From the IMG/VR virus record IMGVR_UViG_3300032050_009126, positions 1 through 41,020 of that record: a DNA stretch of 41,020 bases; one strand, written 5' to 3'. How positions within the stretch are numbered: the first letter of the stretch is position 1; each line of letters opens with the position of its first letter. The notes beneath the pieces are model-generated. The model saw only the letters and a list, made by a program, of their open reading frames with translations, made no database searches and was not told the DNA's origin. This document shows, piece by piece, positions 19,461 through 29,372 of this stretch. Source of the stretch: a virus. Its lineage: Duplodnaviria > Caudoviricetes. The translations under genes and the position numbers were made by a program.

Positions 19461-20975
19461 TTATCCTCTTTTTGCATTTGGGTTATCTTTTAAAAATTCC
19501 TTTACATCGCCACTAGGTATCATATATTTCTTTCCATTTAAAATATATAAAACAGGCTTTTGATTAGATAAATCATCTTTACCTCCTAAAATCTTTCTTT
19601 CCATCTTTACATCTTGACCAGTTATTTTCTGGTACAAGTTAGCGATTTTATAGTTTTTATTTGGATCTGTTGGACTTATTTTTTCTCTTAAAACTTCTTC
19701 TTTAGCAGGAATTCCGTCAATCATAGGATAATACTCAAAACTCATTCCCCCATCTGGAGCAATCTTTAAATCCTTAAACTCATATTTACCTCCTGCGCCA
19801 GCAAATAGCTTTCTAGCTTCTCCGATAGCAGAATTAATATTCTTACTATCAACAGCAGATGTAAAATTCTTAACCCAATTCAATCCCTCTAATCCTTTTT
19901 CTTCTTTAGGTATATTGACATTAGTATCTGATTTTACCTTTCTTTCCTTGCTTGTAAAACCGCTTACATTCTTTTGGGTTATATAATCATAAAGTGCATT
20001 TTTTTGGGCATTATACTTTTCAACAGGTGTAAAATTTTTGTATGTAGGAAACTTTTGCTTTGCTAGTGCAATAACATTTGTTTTGCCAATTGGATCGTCT
20101 GCAAAATTATTATATACATCATCAGGAACTACTTTAAAATCAAGTCCTGTTAATTTTTTTATTTCAGGAATGATTTCTGACTTAACCCTTGTTTCGGGTA
20201 CAAATCCTTTTGGCAAATAATCTCCCTCTATATATCCTTCTGGTAATACTGCTTCAGCAAAAAATGGAACTTTACCTTCAAATGGAACAAAATCTTTTGA
20301 AGAACCTACTGCCAAATTCATTTCTTTTACAGATTTTGGGCTTACTACTTGCTTTTCTAAATCGCTTATATCTGTTAAATAATCACTTAAGTTATCCGGA
20401 TCTAATAAGTTAGTAGCAAATTCAGATTGCTGAACCTCTAGTGGATTTTTAAATGAAACTCCATCTTCTATTCTTCTATTAACTACATCTTTTCTATAAT
20501 CTCGCAATAACCTTGGCGCATCTAATTTTGGCATTATCTGCTTCAAATTTTTTAGTTCATTTTCAAAATTTTCGCCTTCCGCTTTTAATGCGTTCATTCC
20601 TTGTGCAGTAGAAGCTATTTCTTTATTAATTCCCTCAAAAATATCAGCATCATTAACTTTACCCTGCCTTGCAAGGTCTATATATTTTTTTCTTATTTCA
20701 AAAGCATTTTTATTTCCAATAGCATTTGCTACATCATTTGCGGTTTGATATTTTGACAAATCAGAAAGCTCTTGAATAGTTTGCATTTTTCTATACAATT
20801 GGGCTTCATCTCTTTCTGCTTTTCTTTCAGCAATTTCTTGTTGACGCATTTGCATTTGAGCAAGATTTTCACCTTGTCTTTGCACTTGTTCGGTTGCAGA
20901 TTGAAGTGCTTGTCCCGGAGCTTGAAACACATTTGGAAGCGATACCGCGTAACTACCTAAATTTCCGTTTGCCAT
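19461..20975 (-). CDS. Putative internal virion/ejection protein
   Basis: Q-rich coiled-coil N-terminus; lies between tail genes and the giant protein. Confidence 0.5.
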   Translation of the reverse strand: MANGNLGSYAVSLPNVFQAPGQALQSATEQVQRQGENLAQMQMRQQEIAERKAERDEAQLYRKMQTIQELSDLSKYQTANDVANAIGNKNAFEIRKKYIDLARQGKVNDADIFEGINKEIASTAQGMNALKAEGENFENELKNLKQIMPKLDAPRLLRDYRKDVVNRRIEDGVSFKNPLEVQQSEFATNLLDPDNLSDYLTDISDLEKQVVSPKSVKEMNLAVGSSKDFVPFEGKVPFFAEAVLPEGYIEGDYLPKGFVPETRVKSEIIPEIKKLTGLDFKVVPDDVYNNFADDPIGKTNVIALAKQKFPTYKNFTPVEKYNAQKNALYDYITQKNVSGFTSKERKVKSDTNVNIPKEEKGLEGLNWVKNFTSAVDSKNINSAIGEARKLFAGAGGKYEFKDLKIAPDGGMSFEYYPMIDGIPAKEEVLREKISPTDPNKNYKIANLYQKITGQDVKMERKILGGKDDLSNQKPVLYILNGKKYMIPSGDVKEFLKDNPNAKRG

Positions 20976-20981
20976 TTGTTA

Positions 20982-21689
20982 TTAATTTGAAAAATTTAAA
21001 CCGTATGGATTACCCATCATTCTATTTACTTGCTTTTGAGACATACTAGATCCGGAAGGACTTGGCGTTGGCGTTGGCATCGGGATTGATTGCTTTGGAA
21101 TATTCATCCCCATAAGCGCTTTGTTATAATCTTGTGCATTTTGATAATTACCATATTGCATTGCCCCGCCAGCAATGTCGCTAGCTGCGCCAAATATATT
21201 ACCAATACCAGATTGACGTAATGCGTTTTGTGCATTTGCATCAAATTGGAATTTCATCATTTTATTTTGTTGCACTTTATCTCCTTCTCCAATAGACATA
21301 GCATATGCTCTACTTAAATTATCAAACATACCCATTTTTTGCTGACCTTCTTGTGCTGCAAGATTTGATAACGCTGCATTAGTTGCACCTTGAGTTCCAG
21401 CACCCAATGCCAATAATGTTGCGGCATCTGTTGCGCCTCTTTGTCCTGCTGCTAACTGATTTGCTTGAGCTGCTTGAATATTAGCTTGAGCTTGACTCAT
21501 GCCCGGCGTTCTTCCATAAAACAATTGTTGAGCTGCGCCTAGATTTTGTCTAGCTAAAGGATTCTCTTTGTATTCTGCAAATTGAGGATTTAATTGGTTG
21601 GCCTTGTTCATTTGGCTCATACCAAATATGCCCTTGCCTAGCGCACCCACGCCGCTTGCTATAAGGCCTATTGTCATTGGATCTATCAT
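20982..21689 (-). CDS. Putative ejection (pilot) protein
   Basis: MIDPMTIGLIASGVGALGKGIFG hydrophobic N-terminus; Ala/Gln/Gly-rich, typical of podovirus core proteins. Confidence 0.6.
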   Translation of the reverse strand: MIDPMTIGLIASGVGALGKGIFGMSQMNKANQLNPQFAEYKENPLARQNLGAAQQLFYGRTPGMSQAQANIQAAQANQLAAGQRGATDAATLLALGAGTQGATNAALSNLAAQEGQQKMGMFDNLSRAYAMSIGEGDKVQQNKMMKFQFDANAQNALRQSGIGNIFGAASDIAGGAMQYGNYQNAQDYNKALMGMNIPKQSIPMPTPTPSPSGSSMSQKQVNRMMGNPYGLNFSN

Positions 21690-21717
21690 ACTGATAATTT
21701 ATTTAAAATTAATACTT

Positions 21718-24700
21718 TTATTGATTACCTAAAATAAAATTTTGACCTCTTGAAAGGTTAAATCCTACATCTACAAAATTAACATAAATTATTGAGTCGT
21801 AAGACTGCCATTCAGCCATAATTTGAGGAATTTGAGAAAGAATCACATCCCCGTTTAACATTTTCTGATCTGGCGTACCTGTGGCATTTGGCGATAGTCT
21901 ATCTCTCAAAAACCTTCCATAATATATTCCCTCTTGGCTAATGAACTCTGATTCTGTCAAATCTGTAATTTGTGTGTTTGGAAGTGTAGTATATAAAACC
22001 GTATAGTCTGGGGCTTGGTTACCCTCAACTACCAATTCTGCCATATCTTTTAACCCGCTTAACGGCTTATTAACTACCCAACAAATCCTAACAGGGTATT
22101 GAGTGCCAAACCAAGTGTTCCACGTGGAAGTATTAGTATTAAACTCATACAAAGCCCCGTTTTTAAAGCCAAACATCCTGTTTTCAAAATATTCGTATTG
22201 TTCAGCTATAAACTGATAGTCGCTTTTCCATTGATTGTCCTGTAAATGAAAAACCACTGTTTTAGACAAGTTATCAGATATATCAAATCTATTTATAATA
22301 GAACTTGCGTATGCTGGTACGGTTGGGTAACTAGGCAATGTGTCTGCATAGTTCTCATAAATCAAGCCCGGCAATGATATTCCAAACTCTTTGTGGAATG
22401 GATCAATGTAGGTTGGGATATGATGAAATCCGTTTATATTATCTAGGTTATTAGAATTAGCTGCTAAATAACCTTTTGCATAATTTTTAAATAGTCTTTC
22501 CATTTTGAAAGAACTAATTGGGAATACGCCATTTGAGCTATACTGAGCTATTTGGCCGTTATTAAGATCATACCAAAATATAACCCCAAGATACTCAACT
22601 ACCGTTTCTGGCTGTGTTGTGCCTAGCATACCCTTTAATACATTAATTGTGCCTATTACAGCCACATCTTGAGCTAAGAACGCATTTTGAGATGCTCCAA
22701 CTACCTGAACCTCACCAAGATAACAAGATGCCGTTTGAAACGATCCAATAGCTAACATGATAACCCCTTGCTCTGTTGTTTTAGATGCAAGTTGCAATTT
22801 TTGTATGCTACCCATACCAAGTGGCACTGTTTTAAAGTTTAAAACCTCAAACGTACTTAATCCATTATTCGATGTTCCAGTAGTAAACACATTAGAATAT
22901 CTAATTTCATATTCATTTCTAGCCTGCCCTAAGCTAGTTATAAAATTAGGCCATCCAGAATTTGTATTCCAATATTGCCATGCTCTGTCGAATGGCGACA
23001 TATTTTCAGTAAAATAATTTGTACTTGCAGCATCGACTCTTTGTAGAATATAAACATCCCCTATTAATTGTCCGCTTGTGGTACTATATTCTCTATTTGA
23101 TGCGGTAGGATTATCTATTGAATAAACTTGACTCACCTCATAATAAGGCTCTTGAGTAGAACTTTTTTTAGGAGTATATAATTCTATTATTTTATAATCG
23201 GAAGTAGAAACTGTACCAAAATCAAAGGCTTCTACTAATACAAATTCACCATCTTGACCTAATACTTGAACATTATAACTTTCGCTTGTGCCTGTAATTC
23301 TGCACATATCGCCTTCTTTATAATTATACCCTAAACCAACAGATGTTAAACTTGAAATATTTAAACCAATCGCAAAAATGCCTATTGAATATGTATTACC
23401 ATAAGTATATCCACCTCCAGAAGCAATGTCTTGCTTTGTTGCGTATTGAATACCATTTGTAGCTATTTGTACAAAATCAGATTGTATTAAATTTTTAGTT
23501 TGAACTATTTGATAATAATATGCCCAATCAGGTATTTCATTTTCAGCATTTGCATTACTTAATGTCCAATTTAAATATTGAATAAAAGAAGTTTGATCTT
23601 CTGTTAAATTAGGTAATGTGTAATTAATTACCTTGTCAACTACGCCAGATCTTCTTCTAAATCTATCATAAAATACAATAGATATATTGTATGTAGCACT
23701 GCTTTTGAATACTGTTTGCGCACTAAAAGCAGTTACATCATTATCAATAGTAACATAATAAGATGGAGTTGATCCAGAAGTGAATGTATATGTAGGATTA
23801 CCAAAAAAAGGATAATACCAATCATAATTTGTATTTGCAGGGTTATAATTTGCAGCATACCACATTAAAAAATTACCCTCATTTGCAAATTCACCATCTG
23901 CATCAGACAAATCCAATGTTGCGGGAAATGAATTATAATAACTATTTTTATAGGCATTATAGTAGTAAACAGTATTCACCTCTCCAGCAGCGTAAAGATA
24001 CCCTACAACCTCCGACCTTACATCTCCTGTATCATATTTATTTCTAATAGCAATGCTATATGTTTTAACAACTGCTACAAAGCTATTACTTGATGGAGTA
24101 GTTGACGTAGTAGATGAAATAGCTAAACTTGTATTTAATGGAGTATCATAGCCCGCTAAATTATTTGCTAAAAATAACCTAGCTGTTGCTGTTTCTAATG
24201 TTGTACTTTTTAATGGAACTAAATCATATGGAATAGAAGATTCACTTGAACTCAAAGGAACGCCAACTACATCATTATAAAAATCAAATTCAAGTTGATT
24301 TGTTCCTTCGTTATGTTCAAATATTGCTAAAGCGTCATCCGGATTATTTCTATCAAATGTTTTTACAATATAAATAACATTAGTAACAACATCCTTAGCG
24401 CAAATATTTATTTTTTCAATTTCGCTTTCTATATATTCAGAAAAAGGTACACTGCACGCTATATAATTATTTGTTTCGCCCGGCGTATTAAAATTCATTA
24501 AATTACTAAAAGCAGATAGTCTAGATCTTTCATTATCTACAAAATCATAAAAATAACACATTTGAAATGCAGAATTTTCAATAAAATTATTATCAAAACT
24601 TGCATCTTCGGCTTTATTTACATTTAATGCATAATAAGGCGGACGTCTAATTATTGTAAAAGTAGTATATGGGATGCCGCCAGATGGAATTTCATACGCA

Positions 24701-25191
24701 GTTTCATTTGTATTATATCCAGCTTGGTTGGTCTTAATCCCCTTATCAATATTGATTTTCTTGGGTTCGTTGTAATTGTCTGACCAATACAACACCCCAT
24801 TTATTACCTTACAATTGCGATCTATTCTGTAATCTTTATTAAAATTTAATCCACCTTCTATTTGGCTGTCATATATTACTGCATAAACTTGATTTGCAAC
24901 CATGTCATAACAATAAATACCATGATCTCCCATTGTATTATAAACAAACCACGCCATTCGTTGATTTTCTATATCTATACAGCTACCAATTGTAATATTT
25001 GATCCATATGGAGGATATTTGGATTGAGGTATTGAAGTTGTACCCGGCACACCCTCGACACGATTATTTCTACCGTATTGAGTAACACCGACTCTGCCGT
25101 TCATTACTCTCAAATATTGAGCATCTTCAATTAAGTGTAAACTATCGTCTTGATTTGCTCCTCCTGTAAAAATCTTTTTGTTTCTGATCAT
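21718..25191 (-). CDS. Tail stabilization/nozzle protein (P22 gp10-like, crAss-like)
   Basis: FTGGANQD..QYLRVMNGR N-terminus, LYWSDNYNEPKKINI, RLFLAN, ISIVFYDRFRRRS; follows ring proteins. Confidence 0.7.
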   Translation of the reverse strand: MIRNKKIFTGGANQDDSLHLIEDAQYLRVMNGRVGVTQYGRNNRVEGVPGTTSIPQSKYPPYGSNITIGSCIDIENQRMAWFVYNTMGDHGIYCYDMVANQVYAVIYDSQIEGGLNFNKDYRIDRNCKVINGVLYWSDNYNEPKKINIDKGIKTNQAGYNTNETAYEIPSGGIPYTTFTIIRRPPYYALNVNKAEDASFDNNFIENSAFQMCYFYDFVDNERSRLSAFSNLMNFNTPGETNNYIACSVPFSEYIESEIEKINICAKDVVTNVIYIVKTFDRNNPDDALAIFEHNEGTNQLEFDFYNDVVGVPLSSSESSIPYDLVPLKSTTLETATARLFLANNLAGYDTPLNTSLAISSTTSTTPSSNSFVAVVKTYSIAIRNKYDTGDVRSEVVGYLYAAGEVNTVYYYNAYKNSYYNSFPATLDLSDADGEFANEGNFLMWYAANYNPANTNYDWYYPFFGNPTYTFTSGSTPSYYVTIDNDVTAFSAQTVFKSSATYNISIVFYDRFRRRSGVVDKVINYTLPNLTEDQTSFIQYLNWTLSNANAENEIPDWAYYYQIVQTKNLIQSDFVQIATNGIQYATKQDIASGGGYTYGNTYSIGIFAIGLNISSLTSVGLGYNYKEGDMCRITGTSESYNVQVLGQDGEFVLVEAFDFGTVSTSDYKIIELYTPKKSSTQEPYYEVSQVYSIDNPTASNREYSTTSGQLIGDVYILQRVDAASTNYFTENMSPFDRAWQYWNTNSGWPNFITSLGQARNEYEIRYSNVFTTGTSNNGLSTFEVLNFKTVPLGMGSIQKLQLASKTTEQGVIMLAIGSFQTASCYLGEVQVVGASQNAFLAQDVAVIGTINVLKGMLGTTQPETVVEYLGVIFWYDLNNGQIAQYSSNGVFPISSFKMERLFKNYAKGYLAANSNNLDNINGFHHIPTYIDPFHKEFGISLPGLIYENYADTLPSYPTVPAYASSIINRFDISDNLSKTVVFHLQDNQWKSDYQFIAEQYEYFENRMFGFKNGALYEFNTNTSTWNTWFGTQYPVRICWVVNKPLSGLKDMAELVVEGNQAPDYTVLYTTLPNTQITDLTESEFISQEGIYYGRFLRDRLSPNATGTPDQKMLNGDVILSQIPQIMAEWQSYDSIIYVNFVDVGFNLSRGQNFILGNQ

Positions 25192-25196
25192 TTCAA

Positions 25197-25985
25197 TTAT
25201 GATTTTGGTGCGCCCATTGTATTTTTCTGAACTATTCTTTTAATCTTCTCTACACTCCAATCTGATTTTCTAGCTCTTAATATTTTTCTCTCTTTAATAT
25301 AATAATTTTCAGCTAATTGCCTTTCTCCCATATTGTAAGTTCTGTTATGAGCTTTCATTTGGTATTCAATATAAGCCTGAATTGTTCTAATAGCATATGG
25401 ATCTATTTGAGATGCAGCGTCTGCTGATTGACCATCAGAAACATATTGTAAAACAATATTTTCTACATAAAATTTTTGATCTAACTGAATTTGGTTTCTT
25501 TCTTTAAATACTTGAAACGTATCCTCTTGGTACCCTGCTCCTAAACCAAAAAATCTACCAATGTTTTCTCCATAATCGTTATACCTTACTGTAAACCATT
25601 GAGCATATGGCAAAGCTCCGTAATAAAGTTGATTTTCATTAGATCCGGGTGGCACCACATTGTCAGTCCACTCTTGCTCCGAGAAATTTTGATTTACATC
25701 TAAACTAATCAATGGGTTTAATGTACTTGTAGGCACTAGAGGTCTTATTCTTTGACCAATCATAACCCCAACAGTTACATAATCTTGATAATCTTCTGGT
25801 AGTTCTGCTGCATTAGTTTTTTGATTAACTGGCAATATCTTTGTGTTAATTACTCTTAAATCATCAAAAGTAATTTCACGCAAGCAATCTGCCGCATATA
25901 CCATAAACTGCATATACCAATGAAGTGGGTATCCCTTTTTAAGTAAATAGTTTTTTACTATAAAATCTAAACTAGCTGTTGTCAT
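25197..25985 (-). CDS. Tail/neck ring structural protein
   Basis: ELPEDYQDYV, IVLQYVSDG, YYIKERKILRAR; resembles crAss-like ring proteins. Confidence 0.65.
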   Translation of the reverse strand: MTTASLDFIVKNYLLKKGYPLHWYMQFMVYAADCLREITFDDLRVINTKILPVNQKTNAAELPEDYQDYVTVGVMIGQRIRPLVPTSTLNPLISLDVNQNFSEQEWTDNVVPPGSNENQLYYGALPYAQWFTVRYNDYGENIGRFFGLGAGYQEDTFQVFKERNQIQLDQKFYVENIVLQYVSDGQSADAASQIDPYAIRTIQAYIEYQMKAHNRTYNMGERQLAENYYIKERKILRARKSDWSVEKIKRIVQKNTMGAPKS

Positions 25986-25987
25986 CT

Positions 25988-26629
25988 TTAATTAGTTTTG
26001 CTTTGTAATTCACTATAACTGTTTACAATTCCTGTTTCTGGAACTATTGGAGCAAATTTAGCGAATACTTTTTCTATAATTTCTTCTTCCATATTAGCTG
26101 GTATTGGCAATGGATCTGTGTTTGAATATAATGATATATCCATAACAACTAAATACATATTTACCTCTGATACATCAAGAAGTGTAATATCTTTTGAAAA
26201 TATAACCTCATTCTTTCTTACCTCATAATAAACGCTTCCTAAAAGGTCATTTAATAATTTGTCCGCCTTTAATAATGCGCCCTGACCTAATGGAACAGGC
26301 ACAAAATCAATATCGCTTGTATTTACTACTCTATAAATGCCCATGTTTCTTGGTAAGGAAATTGGAACTATCGGCAATTCTGCCTTTGCTCTATCACCAT
26401 ACGAAGTAACCGGAATATTTTCGTAAAACGCCACCATTAAATTGTCTGGTATTGTTTCGCCGGTTGGTAATACTGCGCTGTAATATTGCGTTTGAAACAT
26501 GGTATTAATAACCTGCTCAATTGCCTTTACTACATCTTCCATTTGAACAGATTGAGCTACATCTCTGTAACCTCCTGCTAATCTTAGCAAAACCTGCTCG
26601 GCCATTAAAAATTTAGTACTATTAGCCAT
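25988..26629 (-). CDS. Tail/neck ring structural protein
   Basis: DPLPIPANMEEEII C-terminal motif; position in the ring-gene series. Confidence 0.55.
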   Translation of the reverse strand: MANSTKFLMAEQVLLRLAGGYRDVAQSVQMEDVVKAIEQVINTMFQTQYYSAVLPTGETIPDNLMVAFYENIPVTSYGDRAKAELPIVPISLPRNMGIYRVVNTSDIDFVPVPLGQGALLKADKLLNDLLGSVYYEVRKNEVIFSKDITLLDVSEVNMYLVVMDISLYSNTDPLPIPANMEEEIIEKVFAKFAPIVPETGIVNSYSELQSKTN

Positions 26630-26631
26630 TT

Positions 26632-27273
26632 TTATTTAGTTTCTTGTGTTTGTAATTGAGCAAATTGCTGAATATCTTGTTCAGCCATATTAATACCCCA
26701 AAATTTCAATGCACGCGCTATGATATTATTAATGTAAACATCTGTAAATTCTAATTGAGTGCTAGTATTTGGATCATAAGTTATTGTTCTACCTGTTTGA
26801 GTATATCCTAAAACTGGAGTAACTGGTCTGCGTAAATAATTGTAAAAACCTGTCTGAGTTGACTGAGGATATATTTGAAATCCGACAGCCGTGTCTTTTG
26901 CAATTGGTTTGGCAGTTGAAACAGGTCTTAATTGACTTGTTAATGCAAAAGGTAATTCATCTTCGTTAACAAATCTTACTGCGTTAATCGTGCTTCCTGT
27001 AACCGTATATGGGTTACCAATCATATGCAAATAATCAGATGCAAATGTTACCTGTCCGTCTGATGCAGATGTAAACTGAACCTGTGATCTTAGTTTTCTA
27101 ATTGCATCATGAATTATTTGAGTAACGCCATATTGAGAAAACCAATCTTCGGTTGCCTCAAGCTGTGCGTTATCAATAGTCTGCATCGCTTCGGGTATTG
27201 TTATAAATACCCCTCTTTCTTTTCTTACGATAAAGACTAAGAAATTATATACATCATTAATGTTGTATGCCAT
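26632..27273 (-). CDS. Tail tubular/head-tail adaptor protein
   Basis: INDVYNFLVFIVRKERGVFIT..NAQLE, YLRRPVTP motif typical of Bacteroidota podophage adaptors. Confidence 0.65.
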   Translation of the reverse strand: MAYNINDVYNFLVFIVRKERGVFITIPEAMQTIDNAQLEATEDWFSQYGVTQIIHDAIRKLRSQVQFTSASDGQVTFASDYLHMIGNPYTVTGSTINAVRFVNEDELPFALTSQLRPVSTAKPIAKDTAVGFQIYPQSTQTGFYNYLRRPVTPVLGYTQTGRTITYDPNTSTQLEFTDVYINNIIARALKFWGINMAEQDIQQFAQLQTQETK

Positions 27274-28114
27274 TGTTTGTGTCCTCCCAAATTCCTAAAG
27301 CTCGATAGGATTTTATTAAATAATATTGTTTATTGTTATATTCATATTTCTCAAGAAATTGTGGTTCAAAACCAACAACATCTCCTTTTTTTAAATTCAC
27401 CCCCTCTGGCACAGATAAAACTTTAGCTCTATCTCCTAGTCTTACTTTTGCATTGATTGTATCTACTACACCCATTTCTTTAATAACATCTTGTGGCAAA
27501 TCAATATCAATTGGTTCAAGAATAATTCTATTGCCAACTGTTATTAATTCATCATTTTCTACTTTTGCAAATATATCTCTATAATCCGCTTTCCATACAT
27601 CTTTTGTTCCTGTGTCAACAAGATTTTTAAAGAAAAAAGATTGAGTATTACCAAAGTTAAACTGAGCTTTCCATCTACTAATATTGTGTTCTGCTCCTTG
27701 GCAACCATCAATAAAATTTCCTCTTTTATCATGATAAGTACCTACCCAAATATGAGAAATCTTACCCGGCATAGCAACAATCAATAATGATTCTCCTTTG
27801 CCATTAGTAAATTTTTGGTAATAAGGACTATCTTTTGTAATCTCAGTAAAATAATCCCCATCGGATTCAAATTTTCTTTCAGCTACAACAGAATAATCAA
27901 ACAACACCTTGTCCCCTTCTTTTAATTTAGAAACAACTTTGCCATCTGTGCCTTTTGGGTTTTTTGGCAAAGAATATACTTCTCCAACAACAGTTGCGTT
28001 CCATTCTGGTCGATACGATCCGTCAAGATATAGCTCTAAATCTCCCAATTTTATAGTATCCTGAATTGGCTTTTCTAGATTAAGAAATATATGATTTATT
28101 GGTTTTGCTTTCAT
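27257..28114 (-). CDS. Protein with two GroES-like domains
   Basis: KPINHIFL..GEVYSLP..LKEGDKVLF and VGNRIILEP..LKKGDVVGF..YYLIK. The start is probably MKAK at 28114 because a promoter-like TAATTTTA overlaps 28123. Confidence 0.6.
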   Translation of the reverse strand: MKAKPINHIFLNLEKPIQDTIKLGDLELYLDGSYRPEWNATVVGEVYSLPKNPKGTDGKVVSKLKEGDKVLFDYSVVAERKFESDGDYFTEITKDSPYYQKFTNGKGESLLIVAMPGKISHIWVGTYHDKRGNFIDGCQGAEHNISRWKAQFNFGNTQSFFFKNLVDTGTKDVWKADYRDIFAKVENDELITVGNRIILEPIDIDLPQDVIKEMGVVDTINAKVRLGDRAKVLSVPEGVNLKKGDVVGFEPQFLEKYEYNNKQYYLIKSYRALGIWEDTNNGIQH

Positions 28115-28152
28115 AGTTAGCATAAAATTAGGTTTTTTATAGTATTTAAATT

Positions 28153-28183
28153 AAAAATGCCCTCATATTTTTGAAGGCATTTT
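28153..28183 (-). terminator. Intrinsic terminator after groES
   Basis: AAAATGCC...GGCATTTT inverted repeat with T run on the minus strand. Confidence 0.55.
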
Positions 28184-28188
28184 AAAAA

Positions 28189-28449
28189 TTAAACGATTGC
28201 GTCAATATAGCCTTCGTCCGGAATTAACCTGTAAGGGCTGCCATCGACCTCAATATCCACCCCAACACTGTGGGCAAACATGATTTTGTGACCAACTTTT
28301 ACAAGCTCGGCCTCATCACCAACCGCAACTACAACGCCTGTTGCAAAGTCCTTTTGAACCGATTCGGGTAAAAAAATACCGGCATCGGTTTGTTTTTTCT
28401 CTTTATCTACTTTTACTAATACTCTCTTGTTTAGTGGTTTAAAATTCAT
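28189..28449 (-). CDS. groES: Co-chaperonin GroES (Cpn10)
   Basis: FKPLNKRVLVK, TDAGIFLPES mobile loop, GVVVAVG, VKVGHKIMF. Confidence 0.93.
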   Translation of the reverse strand: MNFKPLNKRVLVKVDKEKKQTDAGIFLPESVQKDFATGVVVAVGDEAELVKVGHKIMFAHSVGVDIEVDGSPYRLIPDEGYIDAIV

Positions 28450-28734
28450 TTAATTTAATTTTTGTGTTTTTTTAATATAATCCTTCATTTTTTTTATTGC
28501 TTCCTTGTTTTTTGGATCTTTTTTATTTAATCTATACTTATAATAAAATCCAACATGGTTGTATCTTGACTTAAATGATACCTCCTGCCTTTCAACTGAA
28601 GCCCCAAACTTTCTTTCTACACCTCTACCTATTTCTCTAGGCAAGTTAGTGCATCCAAAGTTATGGAAACCATTCATTATTGATAATATTTCCCCTTTTA
28701 ACAAAGATTGACAAATTGATGCTAATTGTGTCAT
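28450..28734 (-). CDS. Putative winged-helix DNA-binding protein
   Basis: LLKGEILSIMNGFHNFGCTNLPREI resembles small phage HTH proteins. Confidence 0.45.
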   Translation of the reverse strand: MTQLASICQSLLKGEILSIMNGFHNFGCTNLPREIGRGVERKFGASVERQEVSFKSRYNHVGFYYKYRLNKKDPKNKEAIKKMKDYIKKTQKLN

Positions 28735-28737
28735 GAT

Positions 28738-28965
28738 TCATATTTTTGGTTTTTTAAAATAGTTATGGTCGATATTTCCTCCGTCCATTTTGTTGGGTAA
28801 TACGAGGATGTCTGTGTCGTAAAAGTTCCGCACCATGCCAGATTCGTGCAATATGACCTTCCAAACAGTGTTAAGTTCTGTTCCGTAATCAATCCAAGCG
28901 ATTGCTTTTCCGTTACCAAGCGGCGTTTTGACATAAATTATATTTCTTAATTCGTGAATATACAT
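28738..28965 (-). CDS. Hypothetical phage protein
   Basis: Fits the operon spacing; VKTPLGNGKAIAWIDYG. Confidence 0.65.
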   Translation of the reverse strand: MYIHELRNIIYVKTPLGNGKAIAWIDYGTELNTVWKVILHESGMVRNFYDTDILVLPNKMDGGNIDHNYFKKPKI

Positions 28966-28968
28966 ACA

Positions 28969-29355
28969 TTACAACGGGTTTTCGTTTGTTGTTTCAAATC
29001 CATTTGGTTGGTTTAGAAAATCATCATTAGAAGCCGGCTTATTGCTTGACAGTAAAGTTAATGATGCTACTCTTATATTTAATTGTGGTAAAGTTTCATT
29101 ATTCTTGTTAGTATATGTTTTTGCTTCTGGAACACCTTCTAAATAAACTTGTGTTCCTTTTTTTAAATAAGGAGCAATGGCAGTTCTATCAGTCCAATAA
29201 GCTGCACTTACCCAAATAGACTTGTTTACCTCTAATCCTTCTTTGTTTTTGTACTTTTCAGAATGGGCAACAGAAAAATTAATTACACTTTTCCCATTTA
29301 CATTGTTTACTGTGGCATCTTGTCCTAGATGTCCAATTACTTGCATTTTAATCAT
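28969..29355 (-). CDS. ssb: Single-stranded DNA-binding protein
   Basis: VIGHLGQDA, NFSVA, YLKKGTQVYLEG; acidic tail. Confidence 0.93.
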   Translation of the reverse strand: MIKMQVIGHLGQDATVNNVNGKSVINFSVAHSEKYKNKEGLEVNKSIWVSAAYWTDRTAIAPYLKKGTQVYLEGVPEAKTYTNKNNETLPQLNIRVASLTLLSSNKPASNDDFLNQPNGFETTNENPL

Positions 29356-29372
29356 TGTTTATTGTTTTATAT

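Noticed and set aside
28731-28934. 67-aa alternative-frame ORF
   Set aside because: Overlaps 28738-28965 on the same strand, and the latter fits the operon spacing better
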